DNA of 47,980 nucleotides, taken from NCBI GenBank assembly GCA_036244995.1, contig BTTF01000002.1, positions 1 through 47,980 of the forward strand. The letters run 5' to 3'. The stretch is from a bacterium. GTDB taxonomy: Bacteria; Nitrospirota; Thermodesulfovibrionia; Thermodesulfovibrionales; JdFR-85. The notes under the pieces were generated by a model. It saw only the letters and a program-made list of their open reading frames with translations. It was not told the DNA's origin and did no database searches. Positions 17,189 to 26,274 of the stretch are shown here, in pieces. The stretch's first letter is position 1. The number at the start of each line of letters is the position of its first letter. The translations under genes were made by a program, and so were the position numbers.

Positions 17189-18280
17189 CTATTGCCCCTT
17201 CTGCGTATGACACGTAAGACATCCGTCACCACGGCTCAACATATTACTGCTGTAATCCCACCTCAACATATCCTGATAGGGACTCGCATGTGCCCTGTGA
17301 CACGAGGGACACATGATTATACTATCCATATCCACAATATCTTCTCTGCCTGTAGGGTTTTTATAGGCAACAGGCGCCTGGAGGCTATAGATAGTATAGC
17401 CCTGAAACTCAGAGCCTGCATACCCCCCGCGTACACTGCTGAAGGCAATGTCAGTGGGGTGCCTGAGCCAGACAGTCTCACCAACCTCTGTCTCACCACC
17501 AAGATCCGGATTTGGATGAAACTTGCCATGGCATTCACCACAAAGGTAACTTATGGTATCCATAGTGCTGTGACTGGTGTCACCCTTATAGCCGTTATGG
17601 TCATCAGTGGTGGCCTGATATTCCCAGTCCTTCTGTTCCTTGCCTTTTATCCCGTAAAGAAAGCGATAACTCCTGCCCACAGTTGAACCGTCAATCACAC
17701 TGTCATCCGCATGATGTGCTCCGTAAATGGACTTGAACGGCTTCTCTACAGTCCTGTTTCCATGACAGCCCCACGTGCCCGCACAGGTAAGCTGCTGTTG
17801 CTGTGGCCAGTATGAAGGCCCGATGCCTCCAGGAATCACAACGTTTCCCATAAACCCGGGTGGTGCATCCATGGGTGGAGGCTCCTGAAGTGAAATCCCC
17901 AAAACGTTGTGCCCCTTTGAATAATCAGGGTTAAAGTCGTCCGAGACATAATAAAAGTTTCCAGCAGCAAGGTCTCCGTTATCCATGTTATGGATTACCT
18001 GCGGGATTCTTGTCTTCCCCATAATTATAATATTCCTGGTACCGGAAGGATCCTGGGCATGACAACCGAGACAACCACCCTTTGTCAGGACAGGATTGGG
18101 TTTAACGGCGTGCATGGTGTGGCAATTCTTGCACTTCCCCTTCACCCTGGCATCAATATTTGAGGGAAAAGACAGGACAAGGAACATAGAGAACAGAGTA
18201 AAAAACACGGAGCAAAGAGCATGGAAATGCTTCCACTTAAAACCTCGCTCCATGCCCTTTGCTCTCAGCGCTTTGCCCAT
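17189..18280 (-). CDS. OmcS-like hexaheme c-type cytochrome, paralog 3 (divergent)
   Basis: The motifs are CKNCHTMH, CLGCH, GHNV, CAGTWGCH, CGECH, WLRHPT, CPSCHRAHASP and CLTCHT. The ORF is open to 18316 (TTG). I chose the ATG at 18280, 2 nt after the upstream stop. The ATG at 18253 is also plausible. Confidence 0.75.
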   Translation of the reverse strand: MGKALRAKGMERGFKWKHFHALCSVFFTLFSMFLVLSFPSNIDARVKGKCKNCHTMHAVKPNPVLTKGGCLGCHAQDPSGTRNIIIMGKTRIPQVIHNMDNGDLAAGNFYYVSDDFNPDYSKGHNVLGISLQEPPPMDAPPGFMGNVVIPGGIGPSYWPQQQQLTCAGTWGCHGNRTVEKPFKSIYGAHHADDSVIDGSTVGRSYRFLYGIKGKEQKDWEYQATTDDHNGYKGDTSHSTMDTISYLCGECHGKFHPNPDLGGETEVGETVWLRHPTDIAFSSVRGGYAGSEFQGYTIYSLQAPVAYKNPTGREDIVDMDSIIMCPSCHRAHASPYQDMLRWDYSSNMLSRGDGCLTCHTQKGQ

Positions 18281-18282
18281 TG

Positions 18283-19341
18283 CTATTCGCCCTTGCCCGT
18301 ATGACATATTAAACAACCGCTGCTGCCTTCTTCCCCGGCCACAATGGAATCATAATCCCACCTCAGCATAAACTCATTAGGGCTACCGTGTGCCACATGG
18401 CATGAAAGGCACATGACAATGTCTGTACCGGGTCTCACCTCCTCACTGGAAACGGCAGGGACTGCCGGCCTCGCCACCGGTGCATCAAGGCTGTAAATCC
18501 TTATGCCGGGTTTATCGGGTGGAGGCGGCACATCGGGGTTATAGCTCAGATATTCCCCCCTTTTCGGCAGGACAATACCTGTGGGATGCCTGAACCATGG
18601 ACTTGCCCTGCCTATCTTGTCCCTGCGGTAAAGACCGCTATGGCAGTCTGCGCAGAAGCGGTTGATTGAGGATGTATACTCGTTATGTTTCTTTGAAGAA
18701 GCAGTGTGGCCCCAATCCTTATCCTCCAGCCCGGTAACCCCCTTTACTTTAGCGGTTCTTTTCAGAAACCGGTAACTCCTGGCCGTAGTGCTGCCGTCAA
18801 CAGGAAAATCGTCTGAATGATGTGCCCCCAGAATAGCAGCAAAGGGATTTTCAATATTCCTGTCACCGTGACAGCCATTGGAACCTGCACAAGCCAAGGG
18901 CTTTTTATCGTTGAATCCAATAGTGGAGGGATCGGAAAACCTGTCATACCCCGGAGGCATAAAACCGTTTTTTGCATCCGGTGAGGCAATACCATCAACA
19001 TTATGCCCTCTCCTGTCACCAAAAACCTTAACATAATAGAAATTGCCGCCTGATAAAGGCCTGTCCGGGTCTACCCTGCTGTAGACAACAGGCACCCTGG
19101 CACCACCCAGCATTTTTATGGTATTACTGTCGGCATTCGAGTGACAACTTACACACATGGAGTTCTGAAGGACATATCTTAACGGTTTACCGGGAGCCGC
19201 TGCCTTCATCATTCCGGGATAGAGACTATGACAGACCTCACAATCCCCTACGACCACGGCCTCACCGTCATTTGGAAACCGGAGGACCAGCAACATACAG
19301 AAAAAGATAAGGACAGTTACAATAATTACCTGTTTTTTCAT
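18283..19341 (-). CDS. OmcS-like hexaheme c-type cytochrome, paralog 4 (most divergent)
   Basis: The motifs are CEVCHSLY (no second His), CVSCH, GHNV, CAGSNGCH, CADCH, WFRHPT, CLSCHVAHGSP and CLICHT. I chose the ATG at 19341 (MKKQVIIVTVL... signal). The ORF is open to 19392. Confidence 0.75.
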   Translation of the reverse strand: MKKQVIIVTVLIFFCMLLVLRFPNDGEAVVVGDCEVCHSLYPGMMKAAAPGKPLRYVLQNSMCVSCHSNADSNTIKMLGGARVPVVYSRVDPDRPLSGGNFYYVKVFGDRRGHNVDGIASPDAKNGFMPPGYDRFSDPSTIGFNDKKPLACAGSNGCHGDRNIENPFAAILGAHHSDDFPVDGSTTARSYRFLKRTAKVKGVTGLEDKDWGHTASSKKHNEYTSSINRFCADCHSGLYRRDKIGRASPWFRHPTGIVLPKRGEYLSYNPDVPPPPDKPGIRIYSLDAPVARPAVPAVSSEEVRPGTDIVMCLSCHVAHGSPNEFMLRWDYDSIVAGEEGSSGCLICHTGKGE

Positions 19342-19460
19342 AATCAGTATTCGGGTTGATTTCTGCTCTTTAAACCATAACTCAATTATCAATTAAAAAT
19401 AAAAGCAAAAACAGTGCCAACATTTAAGGAGTTGTAAATAACAACCGGGATTCTCTCTTG

Positions 19461-20924
19461 TTATTTTTTGCTTTTCACCGGCCTTTTATGTCCCTTTTTA
19501 ACCCCATGACAATTTGGGCAGAGCTCAAAAGTACTTTTGGCAGGGTACCTGAAAAGGTGTATATAATCAGAGCTGTGCTGGTTATGACAGCTCGCACATG
19601 TAAGCTCTCCATACCTGGCCTTCGGGTCTTTTCTGCCCCTGATTGGATGCCCTGCCTGAGTAAAGGTGCCTGCCACATGGGGCGCCTTACCTATACTCGG
19701 ATGACACTGAAGGCAAAGATCGGTTATCGGAAGGTCCAGCAGTGCAACGTTTGAAGAACCGTGAATATTATGACATAGAGTGCACATACCTGCCGATACC
19801 GGAGGATGCTGGTTCTTCCTGGTAAAATCCGAACTGTCGTGGCAATTAAAACAGAGTTCCGGCAGCTTGGCAACAAGAAGCTTCTTCACATCACCCTGAT
19901 GCGGCTGATGACAGAAGAGGCACATACCTGCCTTAACAGGATAATGATTATATTTCCCCTTAAACTCGGCCCGGATATGACACTTAAAACACAAATCGGG
20001 AACATCCGCCAACAACAATTTCTCCGAGGCTGAGGCATGAGGGTTATGACAATTCAGGCATAAACCCTTCAGTACAGGCGCATGGTGTTTCTTCTTTGTA
20101 TCCGATATGTACTGATCCTTAACATGACACATAAAACATAGCTTCGGCGGTTTCAAGACAAGAAGCTTCCTGTTGTCACTGCTGTGTGGGTCATGACATG
20201 TTGTACACATACCTGCCGCCACCGGCGGATGAGTCGATTTGTTCTTGAATTTTGTCCTGTCATGGCACTTGAAGCAGAGATCAGGAACAGAAGCTCTCAG
20301 AATCTTCGGATTATCCGTGGAATGGGGATTATGACATAATAAACACTCACCTCTTGCCACCGGCGGATGGACTACCTTTTTTGTAAACATGGCTTCATCG
20401 TGACACATAAAACACAGCTCCGGCGGTTTCAAAACAAGAAGCTTCTCGTTCTTACTGCTGTGCGGGTCATGACATGTTGTACACATACCTGCCGCCACCG
20501 GCGGATGGACTGCGTTTTTTGTAAACATGGCTTTGTCATGACACATAAAACACAGCTTCGGAGGTTTCAAAACAAGAAGCTTCTCGTTGTCACTGCTGTG
20601 CGGGTCATGACATGTTGTACACATACCTGCCGCCACCGGCGGATGAACTACCTTTTTTGTAAACATGGTTTTATCATGACAGGCCCAGCAGACATCAGCC
20701 CCCTCAGCAAACAGATAGTTCGGGAACTCCGCCCCTTTCCGGTGAGCCTGGGCATGGCATGTTACACATCCCATCTTAACAGCAGGATGCACAACCTTCT
20801 TTGCAACCATGTCCTTATGGCATTTTTTACAATCAGTAAATTTCCCTGCTGAGGAAATTAGTGGAACAAGAAAAAGGATGACTATAATAGTGGTAAAAAA
20901 ACTTATAGCATGCTTATAGTTCAT
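19461..20924 (-). CDS. 19-heme c-type cytochrome built from 46-aa bi-heme repeats
   Basis: 487-aa ORF with AGGAG upstream and a signal peptide. It has 19 CxxCH motifs and internal near-identical repeats (MFTKKVVHPPVAAGMCTTCHDPHSSDNEKLLVLKPPKLCFMCHDKA). Confidence 0.85.
   Translation of the reverse strand: MNYKHAISFFTTIIVILFLVPLISSAGKFTDCKKCHKDMVAKKVVHPAVKMGCVTCHAQAHRKGAEFPNYLFAEGADVCWACHDKTMFTKKVVHPPVAAGMCTTCHDPHSSDNEKLLVLKPPKLCFMCHDKAMFTKNAVHPPVAAGMCTTCHDPHSSKNEKLLVLKPPELCFMCHDEAMFTKKVVHPPVARGECLLCHNPHSTDNPKILRASVPDLCFKCHDRTKFKNKSTHPPVAAGMCTTCHDPHSSDNRKLLVLKPPKLCFMCHVKDQYISDTKKKHHAPVLKGLCLNCHNPHASASEKLLLADVPDLCFKCHIRAEFKGKYNHYPVKAGMCLFCHQPHQGDVKKLLVAKLPELCFNCHDSSDFTRKNQHPPVSAGMCTLCHNIHGSSNVALLDLPITDLCLQCHPSIGKAPHVAGTFTQAGHPIRGRKDPKARYGELTCASCHNQHSSDYIHLFRYPAKSTFELCPNCHGVKKGHKRPVKSKK
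20089..20700. repeat. intragenic tandem repeat, period 138 nt (about 4.4 units)
   Basis: Unit boundaries (ggatg...ccaccggc) fall at 20227, 20365, 20503 and 20641. Units 20365-20502 and 20503-20640 are nearly identical. The second half of unit 20089-20226 is also nearly identical to them. Unit 20227-20364 has diverged. Confidence 0.85.
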
Positions 20925-21300
20925 AGACTCCTGATTATTAACTTACAGGCAATACCTGTTATAGTCATAAGGATAAAGACCGCCTTCGCTCCCTGGCAAG
21001 CCAGGGAGTTTCCGTTATGACAGAAAGTGTAGCAGGAGAGGACAAAATCACCATTACACAGCCTTTCCGCTCAAGAAGAAACGGCTACCTTCTCTTTTCC
21101 TGTTCTTCCCGGCAGGCTTCTCTACCGGTATACTTTTGTGAATGCCATGATCTCCGGTACAGTTCAGACCCTCATGTTTACCGGCAACATAAAGGCCTGC
21201 AGGAACTAAAAAAGATAAGGTTTCTGCAATAGCTGATTTCAAAAAAATAACCTTAAATATATCCTGCCTCCCAGTACGTATTATAATATATATTTTGCAA

Positions 21301-21330
21301 ATTATACGAAAGACAGCTTTCATTCGTCAA
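21301..21330 (-). promoter_or_regulatory. sigma-70 promoter (TTGACG, 18-nt spacer, TATAAT) heading the cytochrome locus
   Basis: The minus strand reads TTGACG-aatgaaagctgtctttcg-TATAAT, 40 nt downstream of the yraN stop. It is about 370 nt upstream of the 19-heme cytochrome ATG. Confidence 0.5.
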
Positions 21331-21369
21331 GTTTTTTCTCCCGGGACCATCGATAATCCTACCCCACTC

Positions 21370-21723
21370 TTATACCTCAAAAGCATCAATAATATGGTGA
21401 ACCTGATAGGTGCCGTCCCTCAGGTATAACCCTATAACATCAAATCTGCCACTTGCTCCAAGCATCCTGTGAACCTTCAGATAATAGAGTGCAAGTCTCT
21501 TCAGTCTCTCCCGCTTACGCCATGTAACAGCCTCAAAGGGATACCCGTACAAGAGACTCTGCCGGGTCTTCACTTCAACAAAGACGATAGTGTCTCCGTC
21601 CCCGGCCACTATATCTATCTCTCCGATTGGAGTCTGGTAATTGGACGCCAGAATCCTGTAGCCCTTCTTTTTGAGGTATTTCACGGCAAAAGCCTCTCCC
21701 TCCTTGCCGGTTTGCTTCTTCAC
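21370..21723 (-). CDS. yraN: YraN-family (UPF0102) endonuclease-like protein
   Basis: 117-aa ORF. The sequence GEAFAVKYLKKKGYRILASNYQTPIGEIDIVA...IVFVEVKTR is typical of UPF0102. Confidence 0.8.
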   Translation of the reverse strand: MKKQTGKEGEAFAVKYLKKKGYRILASNYQTPIGEIDIVAGDGDTIVFVEVKTRQSLLYGYPFEAVTWRKRERLKRLALYYLKVHRMLGASGRFDVIGLYLRDGTYQVHHIIDAFEV

Positions 21724-21780
21724 AATTCCATGATACTATAATAACAGATATCTATCAGACAGGATTTACAGGATTTTATT

Positions 21781-23076
21781 TTATCCTCCTTTTCTGACCT
21801 TTACAGCCTTGCCGTGTGCCTCAAGGCCTTCCAGCTCCGACAGGGTCTCTACCACTGAAGAGAGCCTCTGAAACGACTGTTTGCTGAAACTCAAAAGGCT
21901 TGATCTCTTTACGAAATCATACACCCCAAGGGGGGAGAAGAACCTGGCTGTTCCACCTGTTGGGAGGGTATGGTTTGGGCCTGCAGCATAATCACCAAGG
22001 GCTTCAGGGGTCCATTTCCCAAGGAATATTGCCCCTGCATTCTGAATCTGCGGCAGGAGTTTTTCGGGTTTTTCCGTCATAATCTCAAGGTGCTCAGGGG
22101 CTATGAGATTGGCAAGCCTGACGGCCCTTCCGAGCGTACCGGTTACGATTATTGCACCAAAATTCCTCAGGGAGGCCTCGGCAATCTCCCTTCGTCCGAG
22201 GTCCTTCAGCTGTATTCTCACCTCTTCACTCACCCTGAGAGCCAGTCTTTCAGAGGAGGTGACAAGCACTGAAGAGGCAAGCTCATCATGTTCTGCCTGA
22301 CTCAGGAGATCTGCGGCCACAAACTCCGGAGGGGCTGTCCTGTCCGCAATAATAAGGACCTCACTCGGCCCGGCAATCATATCTATATCCACCTCACCAA
22401 AGACCATCCGCTTGGCAGTGGCAACATAGATATTTCCGGGGCCCACTATCTTGTCCACCTTCCTTATTGTCTCCGTCCCGCAGGCCATGGCAGCTATAGC
22501 CTGGGCACCGCCAACCCTGTAGACCTCCCTGACCCCTAAAAGGCTTATAGCAGCCATCACATAGGGGTTGACCTCTCCCTTGGGGGTGGGAACACAGAGG
22601 GCCAGCTCCCTTACCCCTGCCACCTGGGCCGGAATCACATTCATCAGGACTGTTGAGGGATAGGATGCCTTGCCACCGGGAACGTATACACCAACACGCT
22701 GAATGGGGCGGATAATCTGCCCCAGCATGGCCCCACCCTCTCTATACGACCAGGACTCTTCCTTCTGCCTGAGATGAAAGCCCCTGATCCTCCCGGCAGC
22801 CATCTTCAAAGCCTCAACCCCTTCAGGGTCTGCCTTCCCGGCAATTGCCTTTATCTCCCGGAGGCCTATCCTGAGGTTTTCTGTTTCAAGTCCATCAAAC
22901 CTCCCGGTATATTCCCTTACAGCCCGGTCTCCCCGCATCCTGACATCAGATACAATCCCTGAAACCACATTTACAATCTCCTCACTTACGCCTCCGGCAC
23001 GTTCCTTCAGCAGCAGCAGAAAACCCTCAAGCTCCTCTTCATTCCTGATTATCCTCATTTCCCTTTTCTTCTCCAT
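21781..23076 (-). CDS. hisD: histidinol dehydrogenase
   Basis: 431-aa ORF with conserved HisD blocks (VGVYVPGGKASYPSTVLM, QAEHD, APEHLEI, GDYAAGPNHTLPT). Confidence 0.9.
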   Translation of the reverse strand: MEKKREMRIIRNEEELEGFLLLLKERAGGVSEEIVNVVSGIVSDVRMRGDRAVREYTGRFDGLETENLRIGLREIKAIAGKADPEGVEALKMAAGRIRGFHLRQKEESWSYREGGAMLGQIIRPIQRVGVYVPGGKASYPSTVLMNVIPAQVAGVRELALCVPTPKGEVNPYVMAAISLLGVREVYRVGGAQAIAAMACGTETIRKVDKIVGPGNIYVATAKRMVFGEVDIDMIAGPSEVLIIADRTAPPEFVAADLLSQAEHDELASSVLVTSSERLALRVSEEVRIQLKDLGRREIAEASLRNFGAIIVTGTLGRAVRLANLIAPEHLEIMTEKPEKLLPQIQNAGAIFLGKWTPEALGDYAAGPNHTLPTGGTARFFSPLGVYDFVKRSSLLSFSKQSFQRLSSVVETLSELEGLEAHGKAVKVRKGG

Positions 23077-23150
23077 GTCTGTTTTTTTAATCCTGTTTTA
23101 TTGCGTAGCCCGGGGTTAATACCCCGCCCCTTGGGGCGTTCATTGCATTT

Positions 23151-23178
23151 AAAGATACCCCGTCCGCTTGCGGCGGGG
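23151..23178 (-). terminator. candidate intrinsic terminator after the 355-aa hypothetical gene
   Basis: The minus strand reads ccccgccgcaagcggacgggg followed by tatcttt, 5 nt after the stop. A second GC hairpin (cgcccc-aa-ggggcg) follows. Confidence 0.4.
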
Positions 23179-23182
23179 TAGT

Positions 23183-24247
23183 TCATTTATCGCTGGATTT
23201 GAGGTGATCCTTCATAAATACCTTTACAGCTCCGATTTCACCACTCTCCTTCCAGACCCGGAGGAGGTCCTTCACGAGCTTATCCGCCCTCTTGTATCCG
23301 GTCTTCCTCGCCTCCTCAATAACAGACCAGTCGTTACTTTCAACAAAGTGCTGAAAGGCATTCATTATCTCGGGAAAGAGCTCCTTTCTTATTCCGTCCA
23401 GAAGGACTATATAAAAACTGAGTAAAGACCGCTCTCTCCTTTCAACCATGAATTTAATGGGCCCCTTTTCAGATGTATCTGCAAGGAGGTCTTTTATGCC
23501 CCTCAGGTAGAATTCGGTCCATCTATCACTGTTATGACTGAGGATGCCAAGCCATTCATCCGGGCGCTCGGATTCAAATACCTCACCGAGTTCATGAAGA
23601 AGGAGTATTTCGGATATCCCGGATGAGAGGGTCTCCATCTTTTCGTGAAATTTCTCTGAGGGCTCTTCCGTCGCCTCAATACCGTAGAGAGAAAATGCCT
23701 CTTTAAGGGCTCCTCCAAATCTCCTGCCCTGCAATTCCCGGAACTTATCCCACAGCAGTGACCTCAGCGGCTCAAGCCTTATAAATACAGACCTGCCCTG
23801 CAGCATTGCCACGGACGTGGAGAGGTCACGGCAGACTTCCCTGCCGATATAATAGACCCGGCAGTTGCAAATCTCTCTTTTGCCCTCAAGCCTGGAGAGG
23901 AAAAAGGTTGGTTTGTTAAATCTCCCGTAACCGCCACCGTATACAAGTCCGTGCCTGCCAAGGACGGCATTCAGTTCCTCCACCTCAAAGGGGTCATATA
24001 TCTTTCCTTCAAATTCCAGTGGACGCAGGTCTTCATCCTCAAGCTCACCCCACAGGGCCTCCCTTGATGATATCCACTCTGAAATATCTTCATTCAGCAC
24101 CGGCTCCCACGGCATAAGGAAATGTTCATTTCTGTATAACTCCCTTAATCTCATGAGCATGCCGCACATGGAATAATACCCCCAGAATCCCGCATCAGAG
24201 ATATTGCAGTTTAACTTCACCTGTTCTATAAGCTTCTTAATATCCAT
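23183..24247 (-). CDS. conserved hypothetical protein (Cys-containing, cytoplasmic)
   Basis: 354-aa ORF from the ATG at 24247, with AGAAGGG 6 nt upstream. I recognise no family. It is divergent from the ASKHA/RACo-like gene. Confidence 0.6.
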   Translation of the reverse strand: MDIKKLIEQVKLNCNISDAGFWGYYSMCGMLMRLRELYRNEHFLMPWEPVLNEDISEWISSREALWGELEDEDLRPLEFEGKIYDPFEVEELNAVLGRHGLVYGGGYGRFNKPTFFLSRLEGKREICNCRVYYIGREVCRDLSTSVAMLQGRSVFIRLEPLRSLLWDKFRELQGRRFGGALKEAFSLYGIEATEEPSEKFHEKMETLSSGISEILLLHELGEVFESERPDEWLGILSHNSDRWTEFYLRGIKDLLADTSEKGPIKFMVERRERSLLSFYIVLLDGIRKELFPEIMNAFQHFVESNDWSVIEEARKTGYKRADKLVKDLLRVWKESGEIGAVKVFMKDHLKSSDK

Positions 24248-24376
24248 CAAGTACCCTTCTGTTTAGGATAAACTGCCTGAAAACGAAAAGACAAGGCATG
24301 GAAAATTAATGGTAAAATTGCTTTTTATCACCTCTTCAAAATAAAATAAGTGACTCTTTCTCTCAGGGGGTTAATA

Positions 24377-26254
24377 ATGAAGGTCACCTTTACCGACGAC
24401 AAGGAAATCGTTGTACTCGAAAACGAGTCACTTTATGATGCTTTCAAACGACAGGAGATATATATAACTGCGTCCTGCGGGGGCAAAGGCACATGCGGCA
24501 AGTGCAGGGTCAGGATTGTCTCCGGAGATTACAAATGCAGGTCTTATGGAAAACTCTCACAGGAAGACAGGGACAGCGACATAGTGCTTGCCTGCCAGAC
24601 CTTTGCTGAGGGAGACCTGCTTGTTGATATACCGATTGAATCAAGGCTGTCGGTAGGTGACAAGATTGCCATCTCCAGATCAAAAGACCTCATAGAACTT
24701 CTAAACATATACAAGGCCGTAATCTCCCCGCTGATAAAAAGAATCACTCTCAGACTGCCTCCGCCAACAATTGATGACAATATAAGTGACCTTGAGAGAT
24801 TAAGGCGTGAACTGAACACCAGGGGTATCGAGCTTCGCTATTCAAAGGATTTTGTCTCAGGGATGGCTGATGACCTGAGGAAATTCAACTGGAATGTCAC
24901 CCTCTGCTATCAGGATGATTCAGCAGAGGCATTATTCCTTGAGCCTGAAAAAGCCAAAGACACGCGCTATGGAATTTCAGTCGATATAGGAACAACCACT
25001 GTTGTCCTCTACCTCATCGACATGGCAGACGGAGCCGTCATAGATGTGGCATCAACATATAACTCCCAGATGCGCTATGGAGATGATGTCATTACAAGGA
25101 TAGTCCACGCCACTGAAGGGGGCGGGCTTAATGACCTCAGAAAGGCCGTTGTTACGGACATCAATGACCTTATTTCCCCACTTAAGGCAAGGCACGAAAT
25201 AGAGCCCCGGCATATTGAATCCATTGTAATCTCGGGCAACACAACCATGACCCACCTCTTCTGGGGATTCAATCCTGCATACATAAGGGAAGCGCCTTAC
25301 ATACCAGCCGTAAATTATTTTCCTGTATGGAAGGCTTCAGAGTCAGGTATCAGGACAGGCAGAAACACGCCCGTGTATACTGTGCCGTGTGTGGCAAGTT
25401 ATGTAGGTGGTGACATTGTTTCAGGTGTGATTGCCACAATGATGCACAGGAACCCCGAGATAGCACTCTTTATGGATATCGGCACAAATGGAGAGATAGT
25501 GGTAGGCAATAACGAATGGATGATGACGGTTGCCTGCTCGGCCGGACCATGTTTTGAAGGCAGCGGGATAAAGTATGGCATGAGGGCGACAGACGGCGCA
25601 ATCGAGTCAATAAGGATTGACCCTGAAACATTCGAGACTGAAATAAAAGTGATAGGTGACTCAAAACCAATCGGCATATGCGGCTCCGGAATGATAGACG
25701 CCATCTCCGAAATGTTCCTGACGGGAATACTTGATCAGCGGGGTAAATTTGTCAGGGAAACTGCGTCTTCAAGGATAAGGGATGGGGAGGACGGCACAGA
25801 ATTCGTGATTCACCATAATGCCAAAGGTGACATTGTACTTACAGAGGTAGATATCGAAAACATTATAAGGGCAAAGGCCGCCATCTATGCAGGGGTGTCC
25901 CTTCTTCTCAAAGAGGTCGGGTTCACCCTTGATATGATCGAAAAAGTATACATAGCCGGAGGTTTCGGGAATTATCTCAATGTTGAAAGGGCAGTACTGA
26001 TAGGTATGTTGCCCGACATCCCGAAGGAGAGGTTCCACTTCATGGGAAACACCTCGGTTGCCGGGGCCTATCTGTGCCTTCTCTCAAAAGATATGCGCAG
26101 GGAGGCTGAAGATGTGGCCTCAAGGATGACCTACATAGAGCTGTCTGCAAAGGGGGGCTTTATGGATGAATTCATGTCAGCCATGTTCCTTCCGCATACC
26201 GACATGGAACAGTTTCCGACTGTCCAGGCACTATTGGCAAACAAACAGGGTTGA
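24377..26254 (+). CDS. ASKHA-fold reductive activase-like protein with an N-terminal [2Fe-2S] ferredoxin domain (RACo/DUF4445 family)
   Basis: The ATG at 24377 follows AGGGGG. It has the plant-type ferredoxin motif SCGGKGTCGKCRV...LACQT, and ASKHA phosphate motifs (GISVDIGTTTVV, DIGTNGEIV, GICGSG). Confidence 0.8.
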   Translation: MKVTFTDDKEIVVLENESLYDAFKRQEIYITASCGGKGTCGKCRVRIVSGDYKCRSYGKLSQEDRDSDIVLACQTFAEGDLLVDIPIESRLSVGDKIAISRSKDLIELLNIYKAVISPLIKRITLRLPPPTIDDNISDLERLRRELNTRGIELRYSKDFVSGMADDLRKFNWNVTLCYQDDSAEALFLEPEKAKDTRYGISVDIGTTTVVLYLIDMADGAVIDVASTYNSQMRYGDDVITRIVHATEGGGLNDLRKAVVTDINDLISPLKARHEIEPRHIESIVISGNTTMTHLFWGFNPAYIREAPYIPAVNYFPVWKASESGIRTGRNTPVYTVPCVASYVGGDIVSGVIATMMHRNPEIALFMDIGTNGEIVVGNNEWMMTVACSAGPCFEGSGIKYGMRATDGAIESIRIDPETFETEIKVIGDSKPIGICGSGMIDAISEMFLTGILDQRGKFVRETASSRIRDGEDGTEFVIHHNAKGDIVLTEVDIENIIRAKAAIYAGVSLLLKEVGFTLDMIEKVYIAGGFGNYLNVERAVLIGMLPDIPKERFHFMGNTSVAGAYLCLLSKDMRREAEDVASRMTYIELSAKGGFMDEFMSAMFLPHTDMEQFPTVQALLANKQG

Positions 26255-26274
26255 GGCAGGTTCCTGCAGACCTG

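Noticed and set aside
17032-17232. 66-aa minus-strand ORF overlapping the paralog 3 stop and the paralog 2 promoter.
   Set aside because: It overlaps a supported gene end and promoter. It has no SD and no recognisable features.
21054-21323. 89-aa minus-strand ORF in the long leader upstream of the cytochrome locus.
   Set aside because: Its start lies upstream of the -10 box of the only good promoter. It has no SD, an odd composition and no recognisable motif.
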